From: Candidatus Micrarchaeota archaeon
GTDB taxonomy: Archaea; Micrarchaeota; Micrarchaeia; Norongarragalinales; Norongarragalinaceae
Reading direction: 5' to 3'
Assembly (NCBI GenBank): GCA_043822385.1
Contig: JBDRBT010000021.1
Location: forward strand, 1 to 45,851
DNA length: 45,851 nucleotides
Positions 1 through 9,022 of this stretch are shown piece after piece. Numbering within the stretch: position 1 is the first letter of the stretch; each line of letters opens with the position of its first letter. The notes beneath the pieces were generated by a model. The model saw only the letters and a program-made list of their open reading frames with translations, did no database searches and was not told the origin of the DNA. The translations under genes were made by a program, and so were the position numbers.

Positions 1-579
1 GACGGCGTTACCACGAACCCTTCTTTAGTTGCTAAAGAAAAAAAGGACTTCAAGGAACTAGTGAAAGAAATCTGCAGTATTACTCCCGGGCACGTGAGTG
101 CTGAAGTCTTGAGCATTACTGAAAAAGAAATGATTGAGGAAGCCCGCTCGCTCTCTAAAATTGCTGGCAACGTTGTAGTAAAGATTCCTTTCGGCATTGA
201 GGGATTAAAAGCAGTTAAAACACTCTCAAAAGAAGGAGTAAAATGCAACGTTACTCTCGTTTTCTCTGTAAATCAAGCGCTTTTAGCAGCTAAAGCAGGC
301 GCGTTTTACACCAGCATTTTCGTAGGCAGATTAGATGACTTAAGTCAAGACGGCATGCAAGTAGTGCGCGACACAATAGATATTTACAGTAAATACGGTT
401 TTGGTTCTCAAGTTCTTGCTGCAAGCATTCGACACCCACTGCACGTGATTCAAGCAGCACAAGCAGGAGCTCACGTTGCTACTATTCCATTCGGAATTTT
501 AAAGAAAATGTATTACCACCCACTAACAGAAAGTGGATTGAAAGCATTCTTGGATGACTGGAATAAAGCAAGAAAGTAA
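1..579 (+). CDS. tal: Transaldolase / fructose-6-phosphate aldolase (TalC/FSA family), 5'-truncated by window edge
   Basis: Frame 1 is open from base 1 (DGVTTNPSLVAK...); family motifs VVVKIP, NVTLVFS, AASIR, HPLT. Confidence 0.93.
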   Translation, partial: DGVTTNPSLVAKEKKDFKELVKEICSITPGHVSAEVLSITEKEMIEEARSLSKIAGNVVVKIPFGIEGLKAVKTLSKEGVKCNVTLVFSVNQALLAAKAGAFYTSIFVGRLDDLSQDGMQVVRDTIDIYSKYGFGSQVLAASIRHPLHVIQAAQAGAHVATIPFGILKKMYYHPLTESGLKAFLDDWNKARK

Positions 580-583
580 AAAA

Positions 584-2755
584 TCAAGGACGCCAGTTCT
601 TCATTAAAGCACTATTAGTAGTTACAGTAACGCTTGAGAAAGCCATTGCTGCGCCAGCAATAACTGGATTCAACAACCACCCTGTAAACGGGTAAAAAAA
701 GCCCGCAGCCAAAGGAATACCAATCACGTTGAAAACAAAAGCCCAAACCAAGTTTTCTTTTATTTTGCGCAAAACGAAATTACTCAACTTGATTGCAGTT
801 ACTACGTCACGCAAATCGCTTTTCACTAAAATAACTTCCCCAGCTTCAATCGCTATGTCAGTTCCTGAACCAATCGCTATACCAACGTCTGCTTTAGCTA
901 AGGCAGGCGAATCATTTATTCCATCGCCAACCATTGCAACATTAAACCCTTCATCTTGAAGCTGTTTAACGTACTTTTCTTTTTCTGCAGGTAATACTCT
1001 AGAAAAAACAGTTTCTATACCAACTTGCTTAGCAATAGCTTGAGCAGTGCGCTCGTTATCGCCAGTAATCATTGCTAGCTTAATTCCTCGCTTCTTTAAT
1101 TCCTTAATTGCTTGAATAGACGAATCCTTGACTGCGTCAGCAATCCCAATCAAACCAACAACTCTACCACCAACAGAAACTAAAATAACAGTCCGAGCTT
1201 TAGATTCTAGCTTTTCTAATTCGCTAGAAAAACCACTAAAGGAAACCTTGTTATCCTTCATGAAAGCAGTGTTACCAACTAAAACTATTTTGCTGCCAAC
1301 TTTAGCTTGAACTCCTTTTCCAGTAATTGACTTAAAACCAACGCTTTTTTTGAAAAGAATTTTCCGTTTTTTTGCTTCAAAAACAATCGCGGTTGCAAGC
1401 GGGTGTTCAGAGTGGTTTTCAAGACTAGCTGCGTAAGACAATAACTCGCTTGAAGTAATTCCTTTAACTACAATTAAATTAGTAACAACCGGCTTTCCTA
1501 TAGTTAACGTGCCGGTTTTATCGAAAACAATTGCGTTAACAGACTTCATTTTTTGTAAAGCAGAAGAAGACTTGAATAAAATACCGTTTTCAGCACTCAA
1601 GCCAGTGCCAACCATTATTGCAGTTGGCGTAGCCAAGCCTAAAGCACACGGGCAAGCAATAATTAACACTGAAACAAAAGCAGTTAAAGCAAAATCAAAC
1701 CCTGAACCAGCAACAAAAAGCCAGTAAACGAAAGAAAGAAACGCAATAAACAAGACGGCAGGCACGAAAACAGCGGAAACCTTGTCAACTAACTGCTGGA
1801 TGGGGGATTTGGAAGCTTGTGCTTCCTCTACTAACTTGATTATTTGAGACAAGAGCGTGTCTTTACCGACTTTAGTAACCTTAAAATGAAGAAACCCTTG
1901 TTGATTGATTGTAGCGCCTATTACCGTGCTTCCTTTCTTCTTTAAAACAGGAATACTCTCGCCAGTAACCATTGACTCGTCAACAAAACTCTCGCCATTC
2001 ACTACTACCCCGTCAACAGGAATCTTTTGACCAGGCTTGACAATCACTATATCGCCAACAATCACGTCATCGATACTAACTTCCACTTCCTTGCCTTTAC
2101 GCAAAACTAACGCGGTCTTTGACTGCAAGCCAACTAGCTTCTTTATTGCTTCAGACGTTCTCCCTTTCGCTACTGCTTCCAAGTACTTGCCTAAAGCAAT
2201 AAACGTTAAAATAAGTACTCCAGCCTCGAAATACAAGTGGCCTGAATAACCCAAGACTACTGCAAGCGAATACAACACTGCTGAACCAACTCCCAACGAA
2301 ACTAACGAATCCATGTTGGGTGACGCGTTTAACGCACTCCTTACTCCGCGAATAAATATTTCCCGGTTAACAAACAATACTGGAAGCACTAAAACTAACT
2401 CAATTAAACCCAAATTCTGCATTACTACTTCAGGTAAAGAAAACAAACCAAAATCTGAAATCATTATTACTAGTAAAGGAATGCTTAGAACTGCGGAAAC
2501 CAGGAATTTCTGCCAGTAACCAGCAACCTCGTCCTCGATTACTGGCGCAACGAAAGCGTCTGCAACTAATTCAGCGTCGTAACCAGCGTTTACTACCGCG
2601 TTACGGAGAGAATCAAAAGACGCACTTCCTTCAACAACAGCAGTTTCTGTTGCCAGCACTACGCTAACTGAAGTTGCACCCTCAACTTGCTTTAAAGCGG
2701 TTTCAACCAGCGTTACGCAGTGCTGTGAATTCAAACCGTAAATTCTTAGTTTCAA
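584..2755 (-). CDS. copA: Heavy-metal (Cu) translocating P1B-type ATPase
   Basis: TGES, CPCALG, DKTGT, SEHP, GDGIND and MAFSS motifs; degenerate N-terminal HMA domain. Confidence 0.95.
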   Translation of the reverse strand: MKLRIYGLNSQHCVTLVETALKQVEGATSVSVVLATETAVVEGSASFDSLRNAVVNAGYDAELVADAFVAPVIEDEVAGYWQKFLVSAVLSIPLLVIMISDFGLFSLPEVVMQNLGLIELVLVLPVLFVNREIFIRGVRSALNASPNMDSLVSLGVGSAVLYSLAVVLGYSGHLYFEAGVLILTFIALGKYLEAVAKGRTSEAIKKLVGLQSKTALVLRKGKEVEVSIDDVIVGDIVIVKPGQKIPVDGVVVNGESFVDESMVTGESIPVLKKKGSTVIGATINQQGFLHFKVTKVGKDTLLSQIIKLVEEAQASKSPIQQLVDKVSAVFVPAVLFIAFLSFVYWLFVAGSGFDFALTAFVSVLIIACPCALGLATPTAIMVGTGLSAENGILFKSSSALQKMKSVNAIVFDKTGTLTIGKPVVTNLIVVKGITSSELLSYAASLENHSEHPLATAIVFEAKKRKILFKKSVGFKSITGKGVQAKVGSKIVLVGNTAFMKDNKVSFSGFSSELEKLESKARTVILVSVGGRVVGLIGIADAVKDSSIQAIKELKKRGIKLAMITGDNERTAQAIAKQVGIETVFSRVLPAEKEKYVKQLQDEGFNVAMVGDGINDSPALAKADVGIAIGSGTDIAIEAGEVILVKSDLRDVVTAIKLSNFVLRKIKENLVWAFVFNVIGIPLAAGFFYPFTGWLLNPVIAGAAMAFSSVTVTTNSALMKNWRP

Positions 2756-2955
2756 ACTAACTCGTACCCCGCTTTCTTTACTGAATCCTTGATTTGAACC
2801 ACGCTAACGCGTTTAGGGTCGTAATCTATGCTAGCAATATTGTTTACGGGATTAACTGAAACACTAGACACGCCGTTCAAGGCCTTTAACGTTTTTTCTA
2901 CTTTCAAAGCGCAACTAGCGCAGTGAATTCCGTTTACTTTAAAAGATATTTTCAA
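2752..2955 (-). CDS. copZ: Copper chaperone (HMA domain)
   Basis: GIHCASC motif in a ~67-aa ORF overlapping the copA start by 4 bp; TTG start chosen after a G-rich RBS (track start 2979). Confidence 0.88.
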   Translation of the reverse strand: MKISFKVNGIHCASCALKVEKTLKALNGVSSVSVNPVNNIASIDYDPKRVSVVQIKDSVKKAGYELV

Positions 2956-2969
2956 CAATAACCCCCCCT

Positions 2970-3425
2970 TCAACAACAAGCTTGTTCTTTCTTTTTAGAG
3001 TGCTTGTAAATAAAATACGCGCCTTCTATAGAAAGTAAAAGAATCAAAAAGTAATAAAAGAGCAAGAAAAGGAATTTATCTTCAAAACGAATCATGAAGC
3101 CAAGCATTGCACCCATCAAGCCACCCATTACCGCGCCCATTATTCCCTCCATTCTAGCAAATTCATCTCCAATTCCAGAAAAAATATTCAAGACAACCGT
3201 AACTATTACTCCGATTACTATTGCAATCACGTTAGCTAATAAGTACTGGCCAGTGAAAAACGCGTAAAGCGTGCCTATACCAAAAGCAGCTAGAGTTCCG
3301 TAAATCATTCCCACCATCATGCAACACATGTGGTCTAAATTTTTCTTCTTAAGAAAAGCATAATACCCGGACGCTCCGATTACTACTACACTAAATAAAT
3401 AAGACAATACTTCAATCATTTCCAT
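2970..3425 (-). CDS. Met/Cys-rich multi-pass membrane protein, probably copper related
   Basis: 4-5 hydrophobic helices; HMCCMMVGM, MEGIMGAVMGGLMGAMLGFM and C-terminal CC; lies within the cop operon. Confidence 0.7.
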   Translation of the reverse strand: MEMIEVLSYLFSVVVIGASGYYAFLKKKNLDHMCCMMVGMIYGTLAAFGIGTLYAFFTGQYLLANVIAIVIGVIVTVVLNIFSGIGDEFARMEGIMGAVMGGLMGAMLGFMIRFEDKFLFLLFYYFLILLLSIEGAYFIYKHSKKKEQACC

Positions 3426-3426
3426 T

Positions 3427-3840
3427 TCAAACCACCCTTAATACGCCTCGAAACATGTTCATTCCACAACGATAAGCATACTCACCAGTTTTTACAGGCG
3501 TAAACTCAACAGTCTTGAATTCACCAGCATTAACCACCAAGTTAACTCCAAAATCAGGTATCACTAACTGCCTACCGCAACCAGCGTTTTTCTCTGCACT
3601 AAAAGTTAACTTAACTGGAATACCCGCTTTTACAGTAAGCGTTTGTTTGTCGTACGAGCCAGTGCTTAACGCCTTCAACTCTACTTCCTGCACTTCACTA
3701 CTTGAAAAGCCACCACCCAAAGAAGGAACTATTAGATTAGTTTCAGCCGGACTATGGTTAACCCAAAGCAACGCTACTGCACCAAAAAAAAGCAGTACCG
3801 CAATCAAACCTAAAACTAAATACGCTTTATTCAAATTCAT
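3427..3840 (-). CDS. Membrane-anchored cupredoxin-domain protein (CupA-like)
   Basis: N-terminal TM helix, GCG and YRCGMNMFRG motifs; ATG at 3840 follows an AGAGGT RBS. Confidence 0.85.
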   Translation of the reverse strand: MNLNKAYLVLGLIAVLLFFGAVALLWVNHSPAETNLIVPSLGGGFSSSEVQEVELKALSTGSYDKQTLTVKAGIPVKLTFSAEKNAGCGRQLVIPDFGVNLVVNAGEFKTVEFTPVKTGEYAYRCGMNMFRGVLRVV

Positions 3841-3954
3841 ACCTCTTTTTCTCTTTTTGAAAAAACCAACATAGTTCCGTTGTTTGAAACTATATATACC
3901 AGTTCTTGAAACTATCACAAAACTAATAAATCAGGGTTTCACTATAATGAAATC
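3841..3954. promoter_or_regulatory. Divergent promoter region with candidate operator repeats
   Basis: TTGAAACTAT direct repeat at 3884 and 3906, TATATATA tract, TTTCA-N6-TGAAA dyad near 3937. Confidence 0.4.
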
Positions 3955-4437
3955 ATGAAAAAAACCAAAAGGCAGTTAATAGGAATAATCCTTGTTTTAG
4001 CTTTTGCGTCGCTAGTAGTCTTAGGAACGCATTACTACGTTAACTCAACAGGCGTTAATGACGGGATTACAGGACTAATCTTCAAGTATCACTTTGAATT
4101 CATGTTGTTAATTGGCTTGGGCGGAATTGCTGTGGGAGCAATAGCTTATTACTTGACTAGCCAGGAACTAGGTGTTCAGAAAGAAATAACCAAGAAAAAT
4201 ACACTGGTTTTACTGAACCTGCTCGATTCTGACGAGAAAGTAGTAATCGAGAAATTACTCGCAGAGAAAGGCAAGGCAAAGCAGTACGAAATAGCGTACT
4301 CAGCCAAGTTAAGTAAAGTCAGAGCGCACAGGGCAATCAAAAAGCTAGTTTCCAAAAACGTCTTGGAAGTCGAAAAACTAGGTAAAGTAAACTCAATTAA
4401 AATAAAACCAGAAATAATGCAAGGATTAATAAATTAA
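3955..4437 (+). CDS. Membrane-anchored winged-HTH transcriptional regulator
   Basis: Two N-terminal TM helices, then LDSDEKVVIE...Q.EI....LSKVRAHRAIKKL wHTH-like segment; divergent from the cop operon. Confidence 0.75.
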   Translation: MKKTKRQLIGIILVLAFASLVVLGTHYYVNSTGVNDGITGLIFKYHFEFMLLIGLGGIAVGAIAYYLTSQELGVQKEITKKNTLVLLNLLDSDEKVVIEKLLAEKGKAKQYEIAYSAKLSKVRAHRAIKKLVSKNVLEVEKLGKVNSIKIKPEIMQGLIN

Positions 4438-4450
4438 AATAAAAAAATAA

Positions 4451-4500
4451 GTGCTCCGAACGAGTTTAATCTATTTTAAAAAATCCCTAAACCCAATAAC
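4451..4500. repeat. att-like site A (distal): tRNA-Glu 3' core plus right arm
   Basis: GTGCTCCGAACGAGTTTAATCTATTTTAAAAAATCCCTAAACCCAATAAC; no TTAGGGAT left arm. Confidence 0.9.
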
Positions 4501-4547
4501 GAAAAAAAGCGTTAGCGTAAAAAACAAATATTTGATTTCACGCAAGC

Positions 4548-5600
4548 CTAAGTTATCAACGCACCGAACAATAAACCAGCGCTTACAGTTAACACTACAA
4601 TCAACCCAGCGTAAACCAGCGTTTTCTTCGAACCCAGTATTCCCCTCAAAACGAGCAGGCTCGGCAACGAGACAACTGGATCTGCAAGCAAGTACGCTAA
4701 AAGTGCGCCTTTAGACATTCCCAGCTCGAGAAACATCTTAGCCATTGGAACTTCCACCAACGTCGGAAAGTAAACGACTACACCGAACAAAACCGGGATA
4801 ATCATTGCAGTCAGCGTGTTGCTCCCAACTAAAGTCGAAACCCAGTCACCAGGAAGCAAAGCGCGAATAATTCCCGAAGCAAAAACTCCTGCAAGCAATA
4901 ACGGAAATATTTTTTTCGTGAAACCCCAGGTCTCACCCATCCAAGCATTAAATTCTTCCTTCGAAAAATACGTTTTAGTAATCAACGCAGTCAAAGCGAT
5001 TAACGCGGCAGTTAAACCGTACTTCAATAGTTCCTCGCTTACGCGCGTTCCCACTAAGAGTATTGCCACCAGCGTTGCAAACAAGTAAAAAAGTCGCCTC
5101 TTTTTGTGTTTCGTTGCGCTCTGCGGTGCAGCCTGTTCAGCAAAATCTTTAACTGCTTCATCTTTTTCTTCCTTGAACATCGAGCCTAAAACCAAACCTA
5201 TGAACAAAGCAAACAGGATTGAAAAGAATATTCTCGCTACAGCAATATCCCATCCAATCAAGCTGCCAGTGTAAAGAATCGCCACGATGTTAGTTGCTGG
5301 AGCAGTGTAAAGAAACGCTATCGCAGGTCCAAGCCCTGCGCCGCTCTTTCGAATTCCCGCGAACAACGGCAAAACAGTGCACGAGCAAACAGCAAGCAAC
5401 AATCCCGAAACAATGGCTACGGGATAAGCAACAATTTTAGGCGAGTTCTTACCCAAATAGCGCAGGAACTCGTTTTTAGGGACTAGCGCAGCCATGGCGC
5501 CAGCAATGAAAAAAGCAGGCACCAGGCAGAAAAGCGTGTGCGCAGCTAGGTAATCAAGTATAGCGGCAAACCCGCTTCCGAGTATTACAGCAAAATCCAT
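4548..5600 (-). CDS. DUF318/ArsP-family permease
   Basis: Multi-TM protein with AVCSCTVLP and AFLYTAPATN motifs; downstream of arsR and a small thioredoxin gene. Confidence 0.85.
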   Translation of the reverse strand: MDFAVILGSGFAAILDYLAAHTLFCLVPAFFIAGAMAALVPKNEFLRYLGKNSPKIVAYPVAIVSGLLLAVCSCTVLPLFAGIRKSGAGLGPAIAFLYTAPATNIVAILYTGSLIGWDIAVARIFFSILFALFIGLVLGSMFKEEKDEAVKDFAEQAAPQSATKHKKRRLFYLFATLVAILLVGTRVSEELLKYGLTAALIALTALITKTYFSKEEFNAWMGETWGFTKKIFPLLLAGVFASGIIRALLPGDWVSTLVGSNTLTAMIIPVLFGVVVYFPTLVEVPMAKMFLELGMSKGALLAYLLADPVVSLPSLLVLRGILGSKKTLVYAGLIVVLTVSAGLLFGALIT

Positions 5601-5607
5601 CGAGCCA

Positions 5608-5835
5608 CTACAATAACTTAATTAATTCTTCAACTGTCGGAAGAGTTCCTGAAACAAGCACTTTGCCGTCAACAACTAAAGCAGGCGTATTGAAGACGTT
5701 CCGCTCGATTATGGTATTAACGTCGTAAACGTGCTCTACTTTCGCGGTTATGCCTTTACGCCTAACGGCTTCTCGCGTTCTTTTTTCGAGTTCAACGCAC
5801 TTCGGGCAACCACTGCCTAAAACTTCAATCTTCAC
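5608..5835 (-). CDS. Small redox-active disulfide protein (MTH895-like thioredoxin)
   Basis: KIEVLGSGCPKC and TPALVVDG motifs; GTG start overlaps the arsR stop (GTGA). Confidence 0.88.
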   Translation of the reverse strand: MKIEVLGSGCPKCVELEKRTREAVRRKGITAKVEHVYDVNTIIERNVFNTPALVVDGKVLVSGTLPTVEELIKLL

Positions 5836-6083
5836 GTATACCACTTAGAAACATCATTCAACACTTTTATTCCCTTGCGCGAAAGAAAGTAAATTCGTTT
5901 AGTACCTTCCTTGCGTATTTCAACAAGCCCCGCATCAGAAAGAACTTTCAAATGCTGTGAAACCGCTGGCTGAGTTTTCTTAACAACTACCGGCAACTCA
6001 CAAGCGCAAATTTCGCCCTTGCTTATTTTCTTTAGCAGTTTAAGGCGCGTTTCGTCCGCAACAGCTTTCAAAACACCAGTCAT
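5832..6083 (-). CDS. arsR: ArsR/SmtB-family repressor
   Basis: KAVADETRL, EICACEL, QPAVSQHLKVL motifs. Confidence 0.9.
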   Translation of the reverse strand: MTGVLKAVADETRLKLLKKISKGEICACELPVVVKKTQPAVSQHLKVLSDAGLVEIRKEGTKRIYFLSRKGIKVLNDVSKWYT

Positions 6084-6149
6084 CAATATTAGTTTACACT
6101 TATATATTTAAATAACTAAACACATCACAAAACTAAAAAAAGAAATCTG

Positions 6150-6181
6150 AAGTTCAAGTCCCGAAAAGATATTCGAACCCG
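6150..6181. repeat. Degenerate att-like remnant
   Basis: AAGTTCAAGTCCCGAAAAG is identical (19 bp) to 11614-11632 beside tRNA-Glu; followed by ATATTCGAACCCG, which resembles the tRNA T-arm complement. Confidence 0.75.
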
Positions 6182-6769
6182 CTAGTGTTTCACCTTAAAC
6201 ATTTTTCCGTGGCCAGGAATTATATAATCCGAAATTTCTAAAATTCTTTTACGAGACTCAATTAATTTGTTTACGTCCATTCCTTTTGCTTGTGAGTGGT
6301 CTTTTTGATTAATGTCAAGTTCCTGCTTTTCTCCGTCAAGCCACCAAATAACATCACCAACAACGGCCATCTTACCCTTAGGCGTATTGACTATGAGTGA
6401 AAGATGTTCCTCAACATGTCCAAGCGTCTCAATAATCTCGATGTCCTTTCCTAGTTCATGTTTGTCAAACTCCGTCAATAAATCTCCATCATACATTAAG
6501 TTACTGTCAAACGTGATGAACTTTGCATTCTCAAATATCCCCGCAAGTAAAACATGATCAAGATGACGATGAGATAAGAAAACATAGTCAATATCTGCGG
6601 TGGTTAACCTTTCTTTTGCTAGTGCATCCAACAGCTTTTTACGATTACAACCAGGATCAGTAATTATCTTTTTGTCTTCTGTAGTAACCAAACAAGTGGT
6701 AGAACTAGCCACCCATCCATTCTCAAGCTGTTTTGCATATCCCTCTATCAAAACTTTTACTTCAGCCAT
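6182..6769 (-). CDS. MBL-fold metallo-hydrolase
   Basis: SHRHLDH, GH, GDV and IPGHG motifs; ATG at 6769 preferred because the longer ORF runs into repeat B. Confidence 0.88.
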   Translation of the reverse strand: MAEVKVLIEGYAKQLENGWVASSTTCLVTTEDKKIITDPGCNRKKLLDALAKERLTTADIDYVFLSHRHLDHVLLAGIFENAKFITFDSNLMYDGDLLTEFDKHELGKDIEIIETLGHVEEHLSLIVNTPKGKMAVVGDVIWWLDGEKQELDINQKDHSQAKGMDVNKLIESRKRILEISDYIIPGHGKMFKVKH

Positions 6770-6812
6770 ATAATTATCCCGTCCTGCCTTATTTTTGCCA
6801 TTAAATCTACAA

Positions 6813-6860
6813 TAAATTAGGGATCTTAATAAAATAAGAAGTGCTCCGAACGGAACGAGC
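6813..6860. repeat. att-like site B: left arm plus core
   Basis: TAAATTAGGGAT-N16-GTGCTCCGAACGGAACGAGC; right arm degenerate. Confidence 0.85.
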
Positions 6861-6904
6861 AACTAAAGTAAAAAAAGCGCAAAAAGGGGAAGAGAACTAA
6901 TAAC

Positions 6905-8821
6905 TTACGGTCCGCTTGGGTAGTGATCCACTCCATCACCTAAACCAGGAATCACGTAAGTATTCGGGTAACCAGGATTCTGAGAGAAATCACTCCAGGA
7001 ATTACCAACGCCGTTGTAATCCCAAGAGTTGCCGATTATGTTTTCCGCTTCATAAGCGTTCATGCTGTCATTCAAGTTATACATCAGCGTATTGTTCCAA
7101 ATAGTGTTTAGGGTTGAGAAATTAGAATTGCTTGCAAATAGGGATATTCCCTTGGTGCTAGCCTCATCAAGGTTGGATGCAAGCTTGTTTTCGCTAATTT
7201 TAGAGTTTAGTGTACCAGCTAAAGTCAAACCCTTTCCGCAATTAGTTATAACATTATTCCATACCTGCAAATTAGTGCTATCATTTAAAACCAGCCCGAC
7301 AGCAAAGAAAGGATAACCAGTAGGCTCGCAAAGGATATTATTCCCCCTAATTTCCATCAAATCACTATAATAAGTTACTATGCCTTCCCTGGGCCCAGTC
7401 GGCACAAGCACTTTGTTAGACAGAATCTTTGTGCCAGTCGTACGGTACAACCCAATAGCGAGGCCACTCGCGTTCTCAACAATATTACTTTCAAGAACAT
7501 TATTTCGCACAACACGGCTGCCACCATCCAAAGAAACTACTACTAGCCCGTACTCGCTGTTTTTAGCAGTATTTTGTTGAATGGAATTGTTATCCGACTG
7601 AATGAGAAAGCCTGCATCCTTATTATCTGAAGCAAAATTGTTTTGCAACTTATTATGGCTGGTAGACAAAAATCCGTCAAGATTTATAACAAAACCCTTG
7701 AGGTTATTATTTGCAGTGTTTTCATAAACCTCGTTGTTTACGGTGTTGTTGGGTGCCCATTGCCAAGCGTAATAACCCCCGGTCAAAGAAAAGCCATTGT
7801 TAATATTAGAAAAAGCAAGATTCTTGTAAATTTCTCCATCGGAAAGTACTAAAACAAAACCGTCTTTGTTCGATTTAGCCGAATTACCGTAGATCGCAAG
7901 GTTTTTTCCATTCAAATAAAAACCTTCCTTGCCATTTCCTTCCGCGATGTTTCCGCTTATTTTTGAGTAAGAGGAATTAAACAAAAAAATGCCGTACTCG
8001 GTATTGTTACTTGCAGTATTTAGCTCAACAGTAATATTGTATTCAACAGGCAAGTAAAAGCCCCAGTCATTTTTATTTGCAACGTTTCTAGAAAAAGAAG
8101 CGTTCGCAGAAGGCCTGCCACCATAATTCGGTTGCAGGGTGAAACCGCCGAAAGAATTACTTTCAGCAATATTTTGGTCAATCACTGCATTATCCAAACC
8201 GCTTAACTCAAAAGCAGCATTACCTTGATAGTTAAACTTAGCAGTATTGTTAACCAAACGTGCGTTATCTGAGAAATAAACAGCAAACCCGCCTTGATTG
8301 TAATTAGCGGAGTTTTGCAACAAGTACGCAGAACTAATGTTACTAACGAAAATAGCTGCGCGGTGATAGCTACCGCCGTTTCGTTCAAGCGTATTGTAGA
8401 ATAAATTAATCGAACGCCCGTCAATCGCATATATCCCGGTTCGGAAATCAGTTATGTTACAATTTTTGATAGTCACATAATTCCTATCGACACTTCTGAT
8501 TCCAGCAGACATATCGCCTAAAACCCCATCAATCGCGTGTCCATTGCAATCAAGAGTAATGCCATCCTTACCGATAATCAAACCGTCATTGGGACAATTC
8601 AGCAAGTCGTTCTGCATAACTGTGTTTCTAGTAATTGTTTGCCCGCAACGAACGTTAATAGGAGAAATGCTCGTAGGAATAGGCGCTAAAGACGCTGAAG
8701 GACGAGGAGGCGCAGCAGGCACACTAGTACTAGAATAAACCGCTTGATCACTGAATACTTGGCTTAAAACAACAAAACCCAAAACAATCAAAACACCAAA
8801 AACAATAGAATTAATTTTCAA
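6905..8821 (-). CDS. Secreted right-handed parallel beta-helix protein (NosD/pectin-lyase-like)
   Basis: Signal/anchor helix, Pro/Ser linker, ITLDCNG motif, many N-x-A-x-x-N-x-x-G-F repeats, C-terminal GNSW...DHYP. Confidence 0.85.
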   Translation of the reverse strand: MKINSIVFGVLIVLGFVVLSQVFSDQAVYSSTSVPAAPPRPSASLAPIPTSISPINVRCGQTITRNTVMQNDLLNCPNDGLIIGKDGITLDCNGHAIDGVLGDMSAGIRSVDRNYVTIKNCNITDFRTGIYAIDGRSINLFYNTLERNGGSYHRAAIFVSNISSAYLLQNSANYNQGGFAVYFSDNARLVNNTAKFNYQGNAAFELSGLDNAVIDQNIAESNSFGGFTLQPNYGGRPSANASFSRNVANKNDWGFYLPVEYNITVELNTASNNTEYGIFLFNSSYSKISGNIAEGNGKEGFYLNGKNLAIYGNSAKSNKDGFVLVLSDGEIYKNLAFSNINNGFSLTGGYYAWQWAPNNTVNNEVYENTANNNLKGFVINLDGFLSTSHNKLQNNFASDNKDAGFLIQSDNNSIQQNTAKNSEYGLVVVSLDGGSRVVRNNVLESNIVENASGLAIGLYRTTGTKILSNKVLVPTGPREGIVTYYSDLMEIRGNNILCEPTGYPFFAVGLVLNDSTNLQVWNNVITNCGKGLTLAGTLNSKISENKLASNLDEASTKGISLFASNSNFSTLNTIWNNTLMYNLNDSMNAYEAENIIGNSWDYNGVGNSWSDFSQNPGYPNTYVIPGLGDGVDHYPSGP

Positions 8822-8880
8822 GAAGCAATCACCTACAAATAAGTGAAATGAGGTGGTTAAAAAAATACGCGGTCTCTAGA

Positions 8881-8960
8881 TAAATTAGGGATTTGCATAA
8901 AAAAATTTGGTGCTCCGAACGAGTGTACTCTATTTAAAAAAATCCCTAAACCCAATAACT
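8881..8960. repeat. att-like site C: complete, core centred between 10-bp inverted repeats
   Basis: TTAGGGATTT (8885-8894) and AAATCCCTAA (8940-8949) flank GGTGCTCCGAACGAGTG. Confidence 0.92.
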
Positions 8961-9022
8961 AAAAGGAGTATGAAAAAGAGAAGAACCCAAGAAAAAAACA
9001 ACAAGAAATCGCTTTAATCTTT

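Noticed and set aside
584-4437. Copper cluster as a further cassette of the tRNA-Glu array
   Set aside because: No core or arm copy was seen near 580, copA abuts the transaldolase gene directly, and site A lacks a left arm, as expected for the outer boundary.
4451-4714. 87-aa + strand ORF starting in repeat A (and 8946..9131 near repeat C)
   Set aside because: They run through the repeat or overlap better-supported genes, with no protein-like features.
6770-6862. N-terminal extension of the MBL hydrolase given by the ORF track
   Set aside because: It crosses att-like site B; ATG at 6769 gives a normal domain start. Similar over-extensions were trimmed for 3918, 10743, 11593, 20535, 21431, 45241 and 45841.
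8881-8960. Classical integron attC sites
   Set aside because: No RYYYAAC...GTTRRRY ends in the required order (the arms point the opposite way) and no IntI in the window; the resemblance is organisational only.
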